Shown: piece after piece, positions 1 through 9,991 of the stretch
Position numbering within the stretch: the stretch's first letter is position 1
Layout of the letters: the number at the start of each line of letters is the position of its first letter
Assembly (NCBI GenBank): GCA_963717145.1
Contig: OY970325.1
Span: forward strand, 2,400,001-2,464,000
Origin: an uncultured Armatimonadetes bacterium
Lineage (GTDB): Bacteria; Armatimonadota; UBA5829; DTJY01
Direction of reading: 5' to 3'
Length of the DNA stretch: 64,000 nt
The notes under the pieces: model-generated
The model's database searches: none
Seen by the model: the letters and a program-made list of their open reading frames with translations, nothing else
Told to the model about the DNA's origin: nothing
Position numbers and translations under genes: made by a program

Positions 1-1
1 T

Positions 2-400
2 CTGCCCGGGAAGAAGCCCGCGAGCCTGCTGTCGGTCGGCGGATACGTCGTCTTCAAGCAGGAGGACAAGCGCAGGCGGGACATGACCATGGAGTTCGCG
101 CGATTCCTGACGAACAAGGAGAACGGGCGGGCGCTGTCCGTGATCGGGCAGCTTCCGGCGCGGAAGTCGGCGGGCGACATCTATCCCGGCGACGTGGACA
201 TGGCCGTCGTGGCGGGACTGCTCCCGGTCGCACACGAGTATTTCACCGCCGCCGGGCCCGAGCTTGGCCAGGTGCTGAACAACATCTATCAGCAGATCTT
301 CACTCACTCGAAGACGCCCGTTGAGGCGCTGAGTGATGCCGAGAAGCGAGCCAACGAGATCATCGCCCGCGAGCGCCTGGACAGAGGGTTGAAGCCATGA
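2..400 (+). CDS. ABC sugar transporter substrate-binding protein, C-terminal part (truncated by window edge)
   Basis: Frame open from position 2; typical SBP C-terminus (LPARKS...KTPVEALSDAEKRANEII); overlaps start of the downstream permease (ATGA). Confidence 0.75.
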   Translation: MPGKKPASLLSVGGYVVFKQEDKRRRDMTMEFARFLTNKENGRALSVIGQLPARKSAGDIYPGDVDMAVVAGLLPVAHEYFTAAGPELGQVLNNIYQQIFTHSKTPVEALSDAEKRANEIIARERLDRGLKP

Positions 401-1284
401 ACCGCAACTCTCTCATTCGAAGAATCATCCGGGCGCGATGGGCATACATCTTCATCGCCCCCGCGGTCCTGCACTTCCTCATATTCAACGTATATCCGAT
501 CGTCTCGACGGTCTATCTCAGCTTCGTCCGGTTCAACCTCCAGGGGAACACATTCGTCGGCCTGCAGAACTACCAGATCACGATGGCCGACGCGGTCTTC
601 TGGAAGTCGATGGCGAACACGGCGCTCTATGCGATGGTCGTCGTGCCGGTTGGGATCGGCATCTCGCTCTTCCTATCGGCGCTGATCTTCCCGCTCCGCA
701 CGTCGGCGCAGAACTTCTACAAGGGCGCATTCTACCTGCCCGGAATCGTGTCGGCGGTCGTGGTCTCGATGATCTGGCTCTGGATGTTCGACTCGGCGCA
801 CGGCCTGCTGAACTACATGCTCTCCGTCGGCGGGCTGAACCCGATCTCGTGGCTCGGCGAATCGCGGACCGCCCTGCCCTCGCTGATGTTCATGGCGGTG
901 GCGGGCGGCGGCGGATCGGCGATCATCCTCTACCTCGCGGCGATGGGCGGCATCCCGGCGACCCTCTATGAGGCCGCGCAGATCGACGGCGCGACGAGGT
1001 GGACCGAGTTCTGGAAGATCACGCTCCCGCTCCTGAAGCCGACGACGCTCTATCTGGCTGTGATGGGCACGATCGGCTCGTTCCAGGTGTTCACCAGCAT
1101 CTACATGATGACGCGCGGCGGCCCGAACTACGCGACCTCGACCATCGTATACTCGATCTACCAAACCGCGTTCGAGTTCCTGAAGCTCGGCCGGGCGTCG
1201 GCGATGGCGCTCATCCTGGCGGTGATCATCATCGCGGCGAGCGCGATTCAGTTCAAGCTCCTCGGCACGGAGGTCGAATACTGA
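397..1284 (+). CDS. Carbohydrate ABC transporter permease (MalF/UgpA-like)
   Basis: Six hydrophobic segments; EAA loop LYEAAQIDGATRW. Confidence 0.93.
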   Translation: MNRNSLIRRIIRARWAYIFIAPAVLHFLIFNVYPIVSTVYLSFVRFNLQGNTFVGLQNYQITMADAVFWKSMANTALYAMVVVPVGIGISLFLSALIFPLRTSAQNFYKGAFYLPGIVSAVVVSMIWLWMFDSAHGLLNYMLSVGGLNPISWLGESRTALPSLMFMAVAGGGGSAIILYLAAMGGIPATLYEAAQIDGATRWTEFWKITLPLLKPTTLYLAVMGTIGSFQVFTSIYMMTRGGPNYATSTIVYSIYQTAFEFLKLGRASAMALILAVIIIAASAIQFKLLGTEVEY

Positions 1285-2150
1285 TGGGCAGTCCGACTCG
1301 TCTGACAAGTCCGACCGGTCTGACACGTCCGCGGGTATCCCCGTTCACGGTGGCGGCTTATGTCATCCTGACGCTGTGGGCTTTGTGGGCGCTCCTGCCG
1401 CTGTTCTGGATGATCTCGACCTCGTTCAAGGAGGTCCGGGCGGCGATCAAGATCCCGCCCGAGTGGCTTCCGGCTCATCCGACTTTGATCAACTACGAGC
1501 ACCTCTTCGCACGCGCGCCGGCGTTCAGATGGTTCGCGAACAGCGCCATCGTGGCGGTCGCACACACGCTCACGATGCTCTTCTTCTGCTCGATGGCGGG
1601 CTACGCGTTCGCCAAGAAGGAGTTCCCCGGCAAGACCGCGATCTTCTGGAGCCTGCTCAGCACGATGATGATCCCCGGCATGGTGCTGCTTGTGCCGCTG
1701 TTCCTGCTGGTCTCGCGCATGGGGCTGATCAACAACTTCGGCGGGCTGATCCTGCCGGGGATGGTCGGCGCGTTCGGCGTATTCCTGATGAAGCAGTTCA
1801 TGGGGACGCTGCCGAACGAGCTGATCGACGCCGCGCGGATCGACGGCGCGGGCGAATTCGGGGTCTACTCGCGGGTGATCCTGCCGCTCTCGAAGCCGGC
1901 GCTGGCGGTGCTCGGGATCTTCAGCTTCATGGGCGCGTGGAACGACTTCCTCTGGCCGCTGCTGATCACTCAGTCGAAGGAGATGCGCACGCTCGCGGTC
2001 GGGCTCGCGACGCTCCAGCAGGAGTCGATGACCGACTTCGGCCTCCTGATGGCGGGCTCGGCGTTCGCGGCGGTCCCGATGATCATCGTCTTCTTCGCAT
2101 TCCAGAAGCACTTCCTCAAGGGCCTCACCATCGGCGCGCTCAAGGGATGA
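1284..2150 (+). CDS. Carbohydrate ABC transporter permease (MalG/UgpE-like)
   Basis: ATG overlaps upstream TGA; EAA-type motif LIDAARIDGAGEF; WNDFLWP motif. Confidence 0.93.
   Translation: MGSPTRLTSPTGLTRPRVSPFTVAAYVILTLWALWALLPLFWMISTSFKEVRAAIKIPPEWLPAHPTLINYEHLFARAPAFRWFANSAIVAVAHTLTMLFFCSMAGYAFAKKEFPGKTAIFWSLLSTMMIPGMVLLVPLFLLVSRMGLINNFGGLILPGMVGAFGVFLMKQFMGTLPNELIDAARIDGAGEFGVYSRVILPLSKPALAVLGIFSFMGAWNDFLWPLLITQSKEMRTLAVGLATLQQESMTDFGLLMAGSAFAAVPMIIVFFAFQKHFLKGLTIGALKG
1289..1326. repeat. Degenerate 9-bp tandem repeat (gtccgac/gtctgac units), translated in the permease N-terminus
   Basis: cagtccgactcgtctgacaagtccgaccggtctgacac; related tract at 9992-10028. Confidence 0.6.
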
Positions 2151-2177
2151 GTGCAGGTAACGAGTGAAGGCTGAGCC

Positions 2178-2223
2178 GTGGTGTTTCGGGGTCTCGTCTG
2201 CGAAGGAAAGCCCGAAACACCAC
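2178..2223. terminator. Hairpin between convergent genes (probable terminator or REP remnant)
   Basis: gtggtgtttcggg...cccgaaacaccac inverted repeat. Confidence 0.55.
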
Positions 2224-2240
2224 GCCAACTATGGTCGACA

Positions 2241-3176
2241 TCACGCATCGGGCGATTCCGATGGTTCTTCCGGCGAGACTGGCTGGCTGTCGCTGGTTCC
2301 AGCCTCCAGAGCTTCAATAACCTGTTGATCCAGCATCTCGCGGGCCTCCTCATTGGAGAGCACTACCCTGAGTGCCGGTACCTCGGTGCCCTTCTGGCCA
2401 TCGTGAACCTGATACCTCTCCAGTAGATTGTCAGCAAGTGCAAAATCGATGAGCCCGTTGGTGTCGATACCAGGCGCCGAGTTGAAATTGCGAATCACGT
2501 TCCCAACACCGACGTAGGGCAGTTTCGTCTGCCCACGACCGACGAAAGTGACCAGATTGGTCATAGCTGAGTCCATTGGTCCCGCCATTGGCAGCTCAGC
2601 TACCTGCTCGTCTGAGGGAGTCTTGCTGAGATCAAGTACCCTGGTGAACGACAGACCGGCATCGTCCAGATCTTCGGCCAAGGCCTTCAGCAAGTGCCCC
2701 TGGATGGATCTCACCTCGCGGATGACATCATTCCACCGGTTCGGGCCCTCTGTCTGGCTGATCTCGCCATCCTTGGCCATGCGAAAGACCCTGTCAAAGA
2801 AGCTGCTCGCCTTGCGCACACAGCCGTGCACGCGGATGGAGAACAGCGGGCGATTGTCCCAATACGCGTTCTTCAGCGCATCAAGTGTGTTTTCGGCCTC
2901 GTCCCAAGTCATCTCCTTTCTGGGGTTAGCAGCGCTCATGACATCCCGGATCAAGTCCTGAGTCATCTTCCAGATGCTCAGATAGGTCTCGAGTCTTCTC
3001 TTGTAGTAGTCGGAAGCCAACCCGAGTTCAACCTTCTGAACCTCAATGTCCCCTGCAAACTTACTTTTCACCCACTCGTTAATCATGGGCACGAAGAGCG
3101 CTCCTAGCACGAGCACAGCGATGGCAAACAAGGACAGATTGCCAGCATACTCCAGCAGACTAACCACTTCCGCCAT
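2241..3176 (-). CDS. Orphan membrane-anchored protein, possible winged-helix-like C-terminal domain
   Basis: AGGAGG RBS before ATG 3176; one N-terminal TM helix; visibly lower GC than neighbours. Confidence 0.7.
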   Translation of the reverse strand: MAEVVSLLEYAGNLSLFAIAVLVLGALFVPMINEWVKSKFAGDIEVQKVELGLASDYYKRRLETYLSIWKMTQDLIRDVMSAANPRKEMTWDEAENTLDALKNAYWDNRPLFSIRVHGCVRKASSFFDRVFRMAKDGEISQTEGPNRWNDVIREVRSIQGHLLKALAEDLDDAGLSFTRVLDLSKTPSDEQVAELPMAGPMDSAMTNLVTFVGRGQTKLPYVGVGNVIRNFNSAPGIDTNGLIDFALADNLLERYQVHDGQKGTEVPALRVVLSNEEAREMLDQQVIEALEAGTSDSQPVSPEEPSESPDA

Positions 3177-3234
3177 CAACAACACCTCCTGGGATGGTGA
3201 TTGTCCCGCTTGTGGTAGCCGGTGACTCGCAGGC

Positions 3235-3263
3235 ATTGTAAGCTCATACTTCTTCTTTGTCAA
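3235..3263 (-). promoter_or_regulatory. Sigma70-type promoter
   Basis: TTGACA-N17-TACAAT upstream of the 3176 start. Confidence 0.7.
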
Positions 3264-3339
3264 CCCGTATCATTAATCGGCGATACCCTCGCAATTGTAC
3301 CTGCAGAACCTCTGGTGGAGCGCCGATAATGAGGATAGT

Positions 3340-3522
3340 AGTGCGTCCCACGAGGGAAACCCCGTCCCCGACGCCGTGGGGGACGTCCTGATCGGCGGGG
3401 TGGACGGCCTGATCGCCGGGATGGACGGCCCTTTCAATGGGGTCGATGGCCTTCTCGCCGATGTGGACATCCATCCCCGTGAGAGGGACGCAGCGATTGC
3501 CGAGAGGGACATCCCAATCTGA
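3340..3522 (+). repeat. 21-bp periodic degenerate tract (possibly a short heptad-repeat ORF 3295-3522)
   Basis: GAC/GAT recurs every 21 nt; translation DVLIGGV DGLIAGM DGPFNGV DGLLADV DIHPRER DAAIAER DIPI. Confidence 0.6.
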
Positions 3523-3540
3523 AAACAGGAGGTAGTAAGC

Positions 3541-4197
3541 ATGGCTGGAGGTTATGATTATATTCCGCGAGTCGATGCCACATTCGTGGACTGGATGGAG
3601 AATTTCGTCAGCATGTTGACCAGCAACATGGGGATGGTGGGCCTGTTGGCCGCAGATATCACGCCGGTCGAGAGCGCGAAGGACATCTTCGCGGACGCCC
3701 TCAACAACCAGACTACGCAACAGGCCATGGCGAAATCCGCCGTCGAGAACAAACAGACCCGGCGCGGCGAACTCGAGCATGTGCTTCGCCCGCTGGTCCA
3801 GCGCATCCAGAATCATCCCGGCATGACGAACCAGCTCAGGGGCCTTCTGGGGATCACCGTCATGGGCCAAGGCGGTCAGCAGGTCACGGGCGCGGGACCG
3901 GATGTTCCGAGCGTCTTCCTGGAGATGAAGCCGGGCCAGGTGATCGTTCACTTCGGCACGGATGCGTCGAACGAGATGCACAACGGCAAGCCGGGTTGGG
4001 CACGCGGGTGCCTGATCTATCGCAAGAAATCGGGCGAGTCGAACTTCAGCATGATCGCCTACGACACCGCTTCGCCGTATGTGGACACGGTGTCGGGCAC
4101 GGCGGTCGATGCGACGTACAAGGTCGCGTACCGAGGCACGGATGAGAACGACATCGGCGCGTCTTCCCCCGAGCAGACGGTGGCGGCGGGAGGATAG
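3541..4197 (+). CDS. Hypothetical protein (DYIP...F..W..NF helical N-terminus plus fibronectin-III-like beta C-terminus)
   Basis: AGGAGG RBS; C-terminal pattern GCLIYRK...DTASPYVD...YKVAY...IG..S resembles FN3. Confidence 0.8.
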   Translation: MAGGYDYIPRVDATFVDWMENFVSMLTSNMGMVGLLAADITPVESAKDIFADALNNQTTQQAMAKSAVENKQTRRGELEHVLRPLVQRIQNHPGMTNQLRGLLGITVMGQGGQQVTGAGPDVPSVFLEMKPGQVIVHFGTDASNEMHNGKPGWARGCLIYRKKSGESNFSMIAYDTASPYVDTVSGTAVDATYKVAYRGTDENDIGASSPEQTVAAGG

Positions 4198-4203
4198 GCG
4201 GGA

Positions 4204-4236
4204 AGTGTAGAGTTGGGAGTGTAGAGTGTAGAGTTG
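4204..4236. repeat. 7-bp tandem repeat (agtgtag/agttggg)
   Basis: agtgtag agttggg agtgtag agtgtag agttggg. Confidence 0.6.
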
Positions 4237-4265
4237 GGGCGGGAGGAGACTCCCGCCCCTTTTTC
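4236..4265 (+). terminator. Intrinsic terminator
   Basis: ggggcgggag-gaga-ctcccgcccc followed by a T run. Confidence 0.8.
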
Positions 4266-4268
4266 GTG

Positions 4269-7200
4269 CTACTTCACCCAGACCGTCGCCAGGCCGTGGG
4301 CCGGGACGGTGACCGTCACCTGGTCGCCGGAGAGCTTCAGACGGGAGAGCATGTCCTCGACGAGAGTGCACGACCAGGCCTCTTTGAACTTGCCCTTCGG
4401 AAGCGTGAGGGTCGCCTCGGTCTGCTTGCCGGAGAGTTCGCGGAGGCGGATGATCAGCCCCTCGCCGGATTCGGCCTGCTTCACCGCCTGGACGCTGACG
4501 TTCTCCGCCGAGACCGACAGCAGGCTCTTCGGGATGCCCGCCGATGCGCCCCTGCCCGCCATGCGCCATGCCACGAGCGGCTGCCTGACCGACTGACCGA
4601 ACCGCGAGGCCGCGACCGGGTCGTACTGGCGCATCGAGGTAAGCGAGAAGCTGAACTCCATGTCGCCCTGGGACGCCTTGTAGTTCGTGAACCAGTAGTT
4701 GTTGAACGCGTAGGCGTAGAGATGCCCGTTGTCGATCGGGAGCGGCGACTTGAAGGTGTCGCGGTTGATGTCGCCGATCGTGATCAGCGGGCTCTCGACG
4801 GCGCTCCAGACGACCGCGCACTTGTCGTCGGCGGCGGCGACGAAGTCCTGAGCGCAGTACCACTGCATGCACGCGCCGGGGAGCATCTGCGACTTCGGCT
4901 TGACCACTCCATCCGGCAGCTCGACGTAGAACTCCGGCTTGTCGAGGTTGAACGGGAAGGCGAAGTATCCGGCCTCCTTGTCGTAGGTCTCCTTCTTGTG
5001 CAGGCGGTTGATGAAATCGATGCGCTTGACGTTGTCGTGGAGAACGATGTCGGTCGTCCAGGTCGGCGTGTTGTAGGCCGAACCGGTGATCCGAACCGTA
5101 TCGCCGATCTCTGAGATCGTCACCGGCGGAGTCGAGGCATCGCGGGTGACATCGGCGGAACTCCCGCCCTGGCCCTTGACGTAGACGTACTGGTTGATGC
5201 CGTACGGCGCGGCCTGGTCGACCAGCTCAATCCTGAGTTCCTTGTCGAAGAGGCTTTCGATCGCGCCGGTGACCGGATCGATCTTCAGCGCGTAGTAAGT
5301 GTTCTCAAAGAAGCCACCATTCTCCAGCGACCTTCGCTGACTGTTTGTCGCAGGCGTGACGACGGCGTATCCCATCGGCGGGACGTTCTCGGCCCAGACG
5401 GGTTCCATCTCGTTCTTCGGGTTCATCGGCCGGACCCAGCCGCTGACGGGCCATCCGAGTGGGTTGTAGACCACCACCGAGCCGGCCCTCGCTCCGGCGA
5501 TCGCGGACAGGCGTGACAGCCCATCCTCGAGCAGCTTCTCGGCCAGACCATCGGCGCGCTGGGCGAACCGGCGCTTGTATATCCATTGGTGCTTCGTCTG
5601 ATCGTTCTCGGGCTCGCTGATGCTGCAGTGAGCGCCCCAGGTGTGCTCGTCGTAGAGGATCGCGTTCTTCCACGCCTCGTTGATGTCGGCCTTCGGGTAA
5701 TCGGCGATCTTGAAGGTCGAGAGCAGCGAGTAGATCTTCTCGGCGGTGGCGAGCTGCTCCTTGGCGATCCGCACCTCGGCCGACTCTTTGGCGGATGACC
5801 CCGCGCCGTCCTCCCAGTAAACGCCCCCATCGCCGGAAATCGTCGGGATGTCCTTCGCGAAGTTCTTCTCGATGTGCTGGAAGAACGATGGCCCGCGGGT
5901 GAATATGATCTGCGGGTATGCGTAGCGCCCGTTCCACTCATCAACGACCGACGCCAGGTTCGGCTGGAACGGCTGGTTGTCGCTAACTCCCCCGAACGCC
6001 AGGACCGCGTCATACGGATAGTCCGCCCGGTCGAAGCCCGACAGCAGCCCGAGGACTCGGGGAACCGCCGTCTCTACGCTCGCCTGCAGTCCGAGGTTCG
6101 CCGCGTGGGCATATCCGGGCGCGAACCAGGTCAGGACTTTGCCGCCGTCCGGTCCCTGCCAGTAGAACGGCTTGTTGAAGAGCTGGTTGAACGAATCGCC
6201 CCTCGTAAGGTTGAGTCCGGCGCTGAAGTACTTGATCCCCGCGCCAGAGAGCACCGTCGGGAGCGTCCAGACCTGGGTCGGCACGTCGCTGCTCACGGCC
6301 ATGTCGAACGGGATTCCGAGCTCCTTTGCGATACCGTGGGCGTAATAGAGGTCGCGGATGAACGACTCGTGGGAGCAGATGCCCGTGAGCATGTTCCCGT
6401 AGATCGCCTGGCAGCCGATCTGACCGGACTTCGCGCGAGCGATGAACTCGTCTCGTCGGTCCTTCGGCATCATCGAGAGGTAGTTGTCCTCGGGCCACGC
6501 GACCTCGGTGTTCCAGACGAAATCGGGGTACTGCTTGCAGAGGTCGAGGGCTAGGGACATGTTCCGGTTGTGTAGATCGATCACGCGCTCCTGCCAGTCG
6601 GTGTAGCCGACATCGATGTGCGAACTCGGCTGCACATACAGCCGCCAGTGTCTCTGAGGCTTCAACTCGCAGGAGGCGGACACCAGACTGCTCCCGCACG
6701 AGACGGTAACTTCGAGAGGCGCGGGCGACTTGACCTCATCGACTTCGAGATCGGATTCGGCGATTCCGAGGAGGTTCGGCTTGAGGCTGATGGTCTGGCC
6801 GGTGGACTTGACCACCGCCGAGGCCTCGGTCACGCCGGCGGAGAACTCGGCGTTAAGCTTGACGACTTGCTTGATCTTCCCATCCCTCTTGACGAGGAAC
6901 ATCGTCGGGGTGAGCGATACCTTGTTCACTCCATACGGAGGCATCAATCCGTTCGGGTCATTCGTGACGCTGAGCGCGTCGTAGAGCATCCACGAGCCCT
7001 CGACAACCTTGAGTGCGATCGTGTTCTCTCCCTTGCGGAACATCGTCGGCGGGAGGGTGAGCTTGATGACGTGCTCCTTGCCCTGCGCGCAGTCTGAGAG
7101 AACGTTGTCGCCCGATCCCTGAGGCAGGGGGAACCGGCCGCTCTGGCCGTTGACGGACAGATCGAGGACCGGGGCGTCTCCCCCGTGCGTGCTCACCAGG

Positions 7201-7520
7201 TCGATCGTCAGGCCGAATACGCCTGTGGGCTCGCCTGAGAGATCGAAGAGCACCTGGAACGGATGGGCGCGACTCCCCGCCCACGCGTCGGTCGGACCGG
7301 GATGGATGAACGGCCAGTCCTTCGCAGGATCGCTCTTGCCCACGATGAAGGCGACATCCTTCGGATAGGTCCCATTGTAAGCGCCGTAGTCGTGCGGAAT
7401 GGCGAGGTCCTCGTAGCAGTTGTCGAACTGGCCGATCTGCCAGAGGGTTGTCTCAGCCGCGCAGAGCCCGGTCGCCAGGATCAGTATTGCGCACAGAATC
7501 AGTAGAGCACGGGGAATCAT
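4269..7520 (-). CDS. Secreted glycoside hydrolase family 38-like (alpha-mannosidase-like) with N-terminal PL4 domain III-like module
   Basis: Signal peptide; HPGPTDAWAG...YDAL module; SSHIDVGYTD metal motif; YDEHTWG; C-terminal VKQAE...IRLRE. Confidence 0.8.
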   Translation of the reverse strand: MIPRALLILCAILILATGLCAAETTLWQIGQFDNCYEDLAIPHDYGAYNGTYPKDVAFIVGKSDPAKDWPFIHPGPTDAWAGSRAHPFQVLFDLSGEPTGVFGLTIDLVSTHGGDAPVLDLSVNGQSGRFPLPQGSGDNVLSDCAQGKEHVIKLTLPPTMFRKGENTIALKVVEGSWMLYDALSVTNDPNGLMPPYGVNKVSLTPTMFLVKRDGKIKQVVKLNAEFSAGVTEASAVVKSTGQTISLKPNLLGIAESDLEVDEVKSPAPLEVTVSCGSSLVSASCELKPQRHWRLYVQPSSHIDVGYTDWQERVIDLHNRNMSLALDLCKQYPDFVWNTEVAWPEDNYLSMMPKDRRDEFIARAKSGQIGCQAIYGNMLTGICSHESFIRDLYYAHGIAKELGIPFDMAVSSDVPTQVWTLPTVLSGAGIKYFSAGLNLTRGDSFNQLFNKPFYWQGPDGGKVLTWFAPGYAHAANLGLQASVETAVPRVLGLLSGFDRADYPYDAVLAFGGVSDNQPFQPNLASVVDEWNGRYAYPQIIFTRGPSFFQHIEKNFAKDIPTISGDGGVYWEDGAGSSAKESAEVRIAKEQLATAEKIYSLLSTFKIADYPKADINEAWKNAILYDEHTWGAHCSISEPENDQTKHQWIYKRRFAQRADGLAEKLLEDGLSRLSAIAGARAGSVVVYNPLGWPVSGWVRPMNPKNEMEPVWAENVPPMGYAVVTPATNSQRRSLENGGFFENTYYALKIDPVTGAIESLFDKELRIELVDQAAPYGINQYVYVKGQGGSSADVTRDASTPPVTISEIGDTVRITGSAYNTPTWTTDIVLHDNVKRIDFINRLHKKETYDKEAGYFAFPFNLDKPEFYVELPDGVVKPKSQMLPGACMQWYCAQDFVAAADDKCAVVWSAVESPLITIGDINRDTFKSPLPIDNGHLYAYAFNNYWFTNYKASQGDMEFSFSLTSMRQYDPVAASRFGQSVRQPLVAWRMAGRGASAGIPKSLLSVSAENVSVQAVKQAESGEGLIIRLRELSGKQTEATLTLPKGKFKEAWSCTLVEDMLSRLKLSGDQVTVTVPAHGLATVWVK

Positions 7521-7593
7521 GGTATCGCCTCCCGAGGGATTGCTGGTTTGATTGAGGTTTAGACAGCGGACGGTGGTTGTCCTGCGCGCTATT

Positions 7594-7735
7594 GTAGGGA
7601 ACGGCCGCCGTCCCGTTCCGTTTCGTGACGCATGCGAACGGTGGGTGCTGGTTTCCGACAGAGCGGAACGGGACGGCGGCCGTTCCCTACGTGGATGGCG
7701 TTACGTGGCGGAACGGAACAGCGGCCGTTCCCTAC
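7594..7735. repeat. GTAG-type REP doublet plus extra arm (family A)
   Basis: gtagggaacggccgccgtcccgttccg ... cggaacgggacggcggccgttccctac; third arm 7709-7735; homologue at 31271-31345. Confidence 0.85.
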
Positions 7736-9987
7736 GCGTGGAGGTGTCCGAGGAGGAGGATCGCGGCCTTTTTGTCGAGTGGCGTGTTGTTGCTCCCACA
7801 CTTGGAGGACTGTATGCACGACGGGCAGCCCTCTTCGCAGGGGCACTCCTGAAGGACCCTAAGCGTCGATTCCAGCAGTTCGCCCGAGCGATCGAACGCC
7901 GCCTCGCTGATGCCGACTCCCCCGGCGTGCGCATCGTAGATGAAGATGGTCGCGCCGCCGGTGTCGGGGTGGATCGGGCATGACGACCCGCCGATGTCCT
8001 GTCGGTCGCACATCGAGTACAGCGGCATCAGGCCGATCAACGCGTGCTCCAGCCCGTGGATTCCGCCCTCGGGGTCGAGCCCCTGACTCCTGACCGCTTC
8101 GATGACCGCATCATCGAGCACGAACCAGACCGCCTCCGTGTGAAACGACTGCGGTGGGAGGTCGAGGTCCCACACCTCGAGCACTTCGCCGGTGAGCAGG
8201 CGCTTCTTCCGGTAGCCGGTGACGTGATCGGTGACGACGATCTCGCCGTATGTGAGCCGGGACGCGCCCTGACGGCGCTCGGAGTGCGACTTCTTGACGG
8301 CGGTAACGGTCGTGCTCCTGGGCGTCGTGTAGTGATCAACTTCGCGCGGGATGACAACGGCCGACCGATCGTCGCGATCGAGCTTCGAGACGACGTACGA
8401 TTCGCCCTGGTGGAGGTAGACCGCCCCCTCGTGGAGGACCTGGAACGCGCTCGCCTCCTCGACGCTCCCCAGGGGACGGCTCTTGTCCGCCGAGTCGTAC
8501 ACCTGATACGCTTGGCCGCCCGTCGAGCGGATGTTGACCTTCGCGGCGGGATACCCGTCGCCGATCCAGTACCACTTGTCCAGATGGGTCACGCACCGGG
8601 CCTCTCGGAGCACATCGAGCGTCTCATCCATTCCGTCGCCGAAGAGATTGCGATCCCACTCGGTGATCGGCAGCTCGTACGCGGCGCATTGGAGATGCTC
8701 GACGGCCACATACGGGTTGAACGGATCGACGACCGCGCGCTCGCTCGTCTTGCCGAAGAAGTACTCGGGATGGCGCATCAGGAACTGATCGAGCGGATTA
8801 TCGAGTCCGATGAGCACCGCGAGCGATGATCGGACTCCCCTGCCCGCCCGTCCGGCCTGCTGCCAGGTGCTCGCGACCGTGCCCGGGTAGCCGGTGATGA
8901 CGCACCCTTCGAGATCGCCGACATCGACGCCGAGTTCGAGCGCGTTGGTGGCAGTCACGCCGATCAGCCGCCCATCGAACAGGCCCTGCTCGATCTCCCT
9001 GCGCTGAGCCGGAGTGTATCCCCCTCGGTACGACATGATCTTGTCCGCGAGCGAAGCCTGCTCCAACTGAACCTTCGCGTATCGGTAGATCAACTCCGCC
9101 ACGACACGCGCCTTCGCGAAGGTGATATTCCTGATCCCGTGCCTGACCATCTCGGCGAACAGCCACGCAGCCTCGAAGTTCGCGCTCTTCCGCTCGCCCT
9201 CACCGATGTACGGCGGGTTCCAGAAGGCGAACCACTTCTCACCCGAGGGCGAGCCGTCGTCGTCGATGATCTCGGCCTTGACGCCGGTGAGCAGCGTCAT
9301 CAGCTCGCCCGGATTCGCGATGGTCGCCGAGCAGGAGATGAACTGGGGCGCGCACCCGTAGTGCCGGCAGATGCGCCTGAGCCGCCTCATGACGTTCGAC
9401 ACATTGGCACCGAAGACTCCACGGTAGGTGTGCATCTCGTCGATGACGACATAGGCCAGGTTATGGAAGAAATCGGCCCAGTTGGTATGGTAAGGCATGA
9501 TGCCGAGGTGCAGCATATCGGGATTCGTCGACACGATGTGGCTGTTCCGCCTGATCGCTCGGCGCTCGGCTTGCGGAGTGTCGCCGTCGTAGATGCCGAA
9601 GCGGATCCCGTCGAGCCCGAAGTCGCGCAGTTTCCTCAACTGGTCCTGTGCGAGCGCCTTGGTTGGGAAGAGATAGAGTGCGCGCTTCGAACGGTCGCCG
9701 AGCAGCTTGTGCAGGACGGGCAGGTTGTAGCAGAGCGTCTTCCCGCTGGCGGTCGAGGTCACGATGGTGGTGTGCGCACCCGCCAGGCTCTTGTTGACAG
9801 CCTGAGCCTGATGGAGGTAGAGGCGGCCGATCCCCATCCCGGCGAGCGACTCGCTCAGCCTGGGGTGCAAATCGGCGGCAAGGTCGGCATGGCGCGCGTC
9901 CCGGGCGGGGATTCGCTCGATGTGGACGAGCTGGCCGCGGTATTCGCGGGATTGTCTGAGCTGATCGAGGAACTCTTGGGGAGACAT
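7732..9987 (-). CDS. DEAD/DEAH helicase with DUF1998 Zn-binding domain (MrfA/SftH/Hrq1 family)
   Basis: TASGKT, PTKALAQDQ, DEMH, SAT, TNALELGVD, QQAGRAGR, C-terminal CPCEEGCPSC. Confidence 0.92.
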   Translation of the reverse strand: MSPQEFLDQLRQSREYRGQLVHIERIPARDARHADLAADLHPRLSESLAGMGIGRLYLHQAQAVNKSLAGAHTTIVTSTASGKTLCYNLPVLHKLLGDRSKRALYLFPTKALAQDQLRKLRDFGLDGIRFGIYDGDTPQAERRAIRRNSHIVSTNPDMLHLGIMPYHTNWADFFHNLAYVVIDEMHTYRGVFGANVSNVMRRLRRICRHYGCAPQFISCSATIANPGELMTLLTGVKAEIIDDDGSPSGEKWFAFWNPPYIGEGERKSANFEAAWLFAEMVRHGIRNITFAKARVVAELIYRYAKVQLEQASLADKIMSYRGGYTPAQRREIEQGLFDGRLIGVTATNALELGVDVGDLEGCVITGYPGTVASTWQQAGRAGRGVRSSLAVLIGLDNPLDQFLMRHPEYFFGKTSERAVVDPFNPYVAVEHLQCAAYELPITEWDRNLFGDGMDETLDVLREARCVTHLDKWYWIGDGYPAAKVNIRSTGGQAYQVYDSADKSRPLGSVEEASAFQVLHEGAVYLHQGESYVVSKLDRDDRSAVVIPREVDHYTTPRSTTVTAVKKSHSERRQGASRLTYGEIVVTDHVTGYRKKRLLTGEVLEVWDLDLPPQSFHTEAVWFVLDDAVIEAVRSQGLDPEGGIHGLEHALIGLMPLYSMCDRQDIGGSSCPIHPDTGGATIFIYDAHAGGVGISEAAFDRSGELLESTLRVLQECPCEEGCPSCIQSSKCGSNNTPLDKKAAILLLGHLHA

Positions 9988-9991
9988 TAAC

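Noticed and set aside
7732-9987. DUF1998 helicase as part of a DISARM/Druantia defence system
   Set aside because: Single fused MrfA/SftH-type gene with housekeeping neighbours; no methylase, PLD or partner genes.
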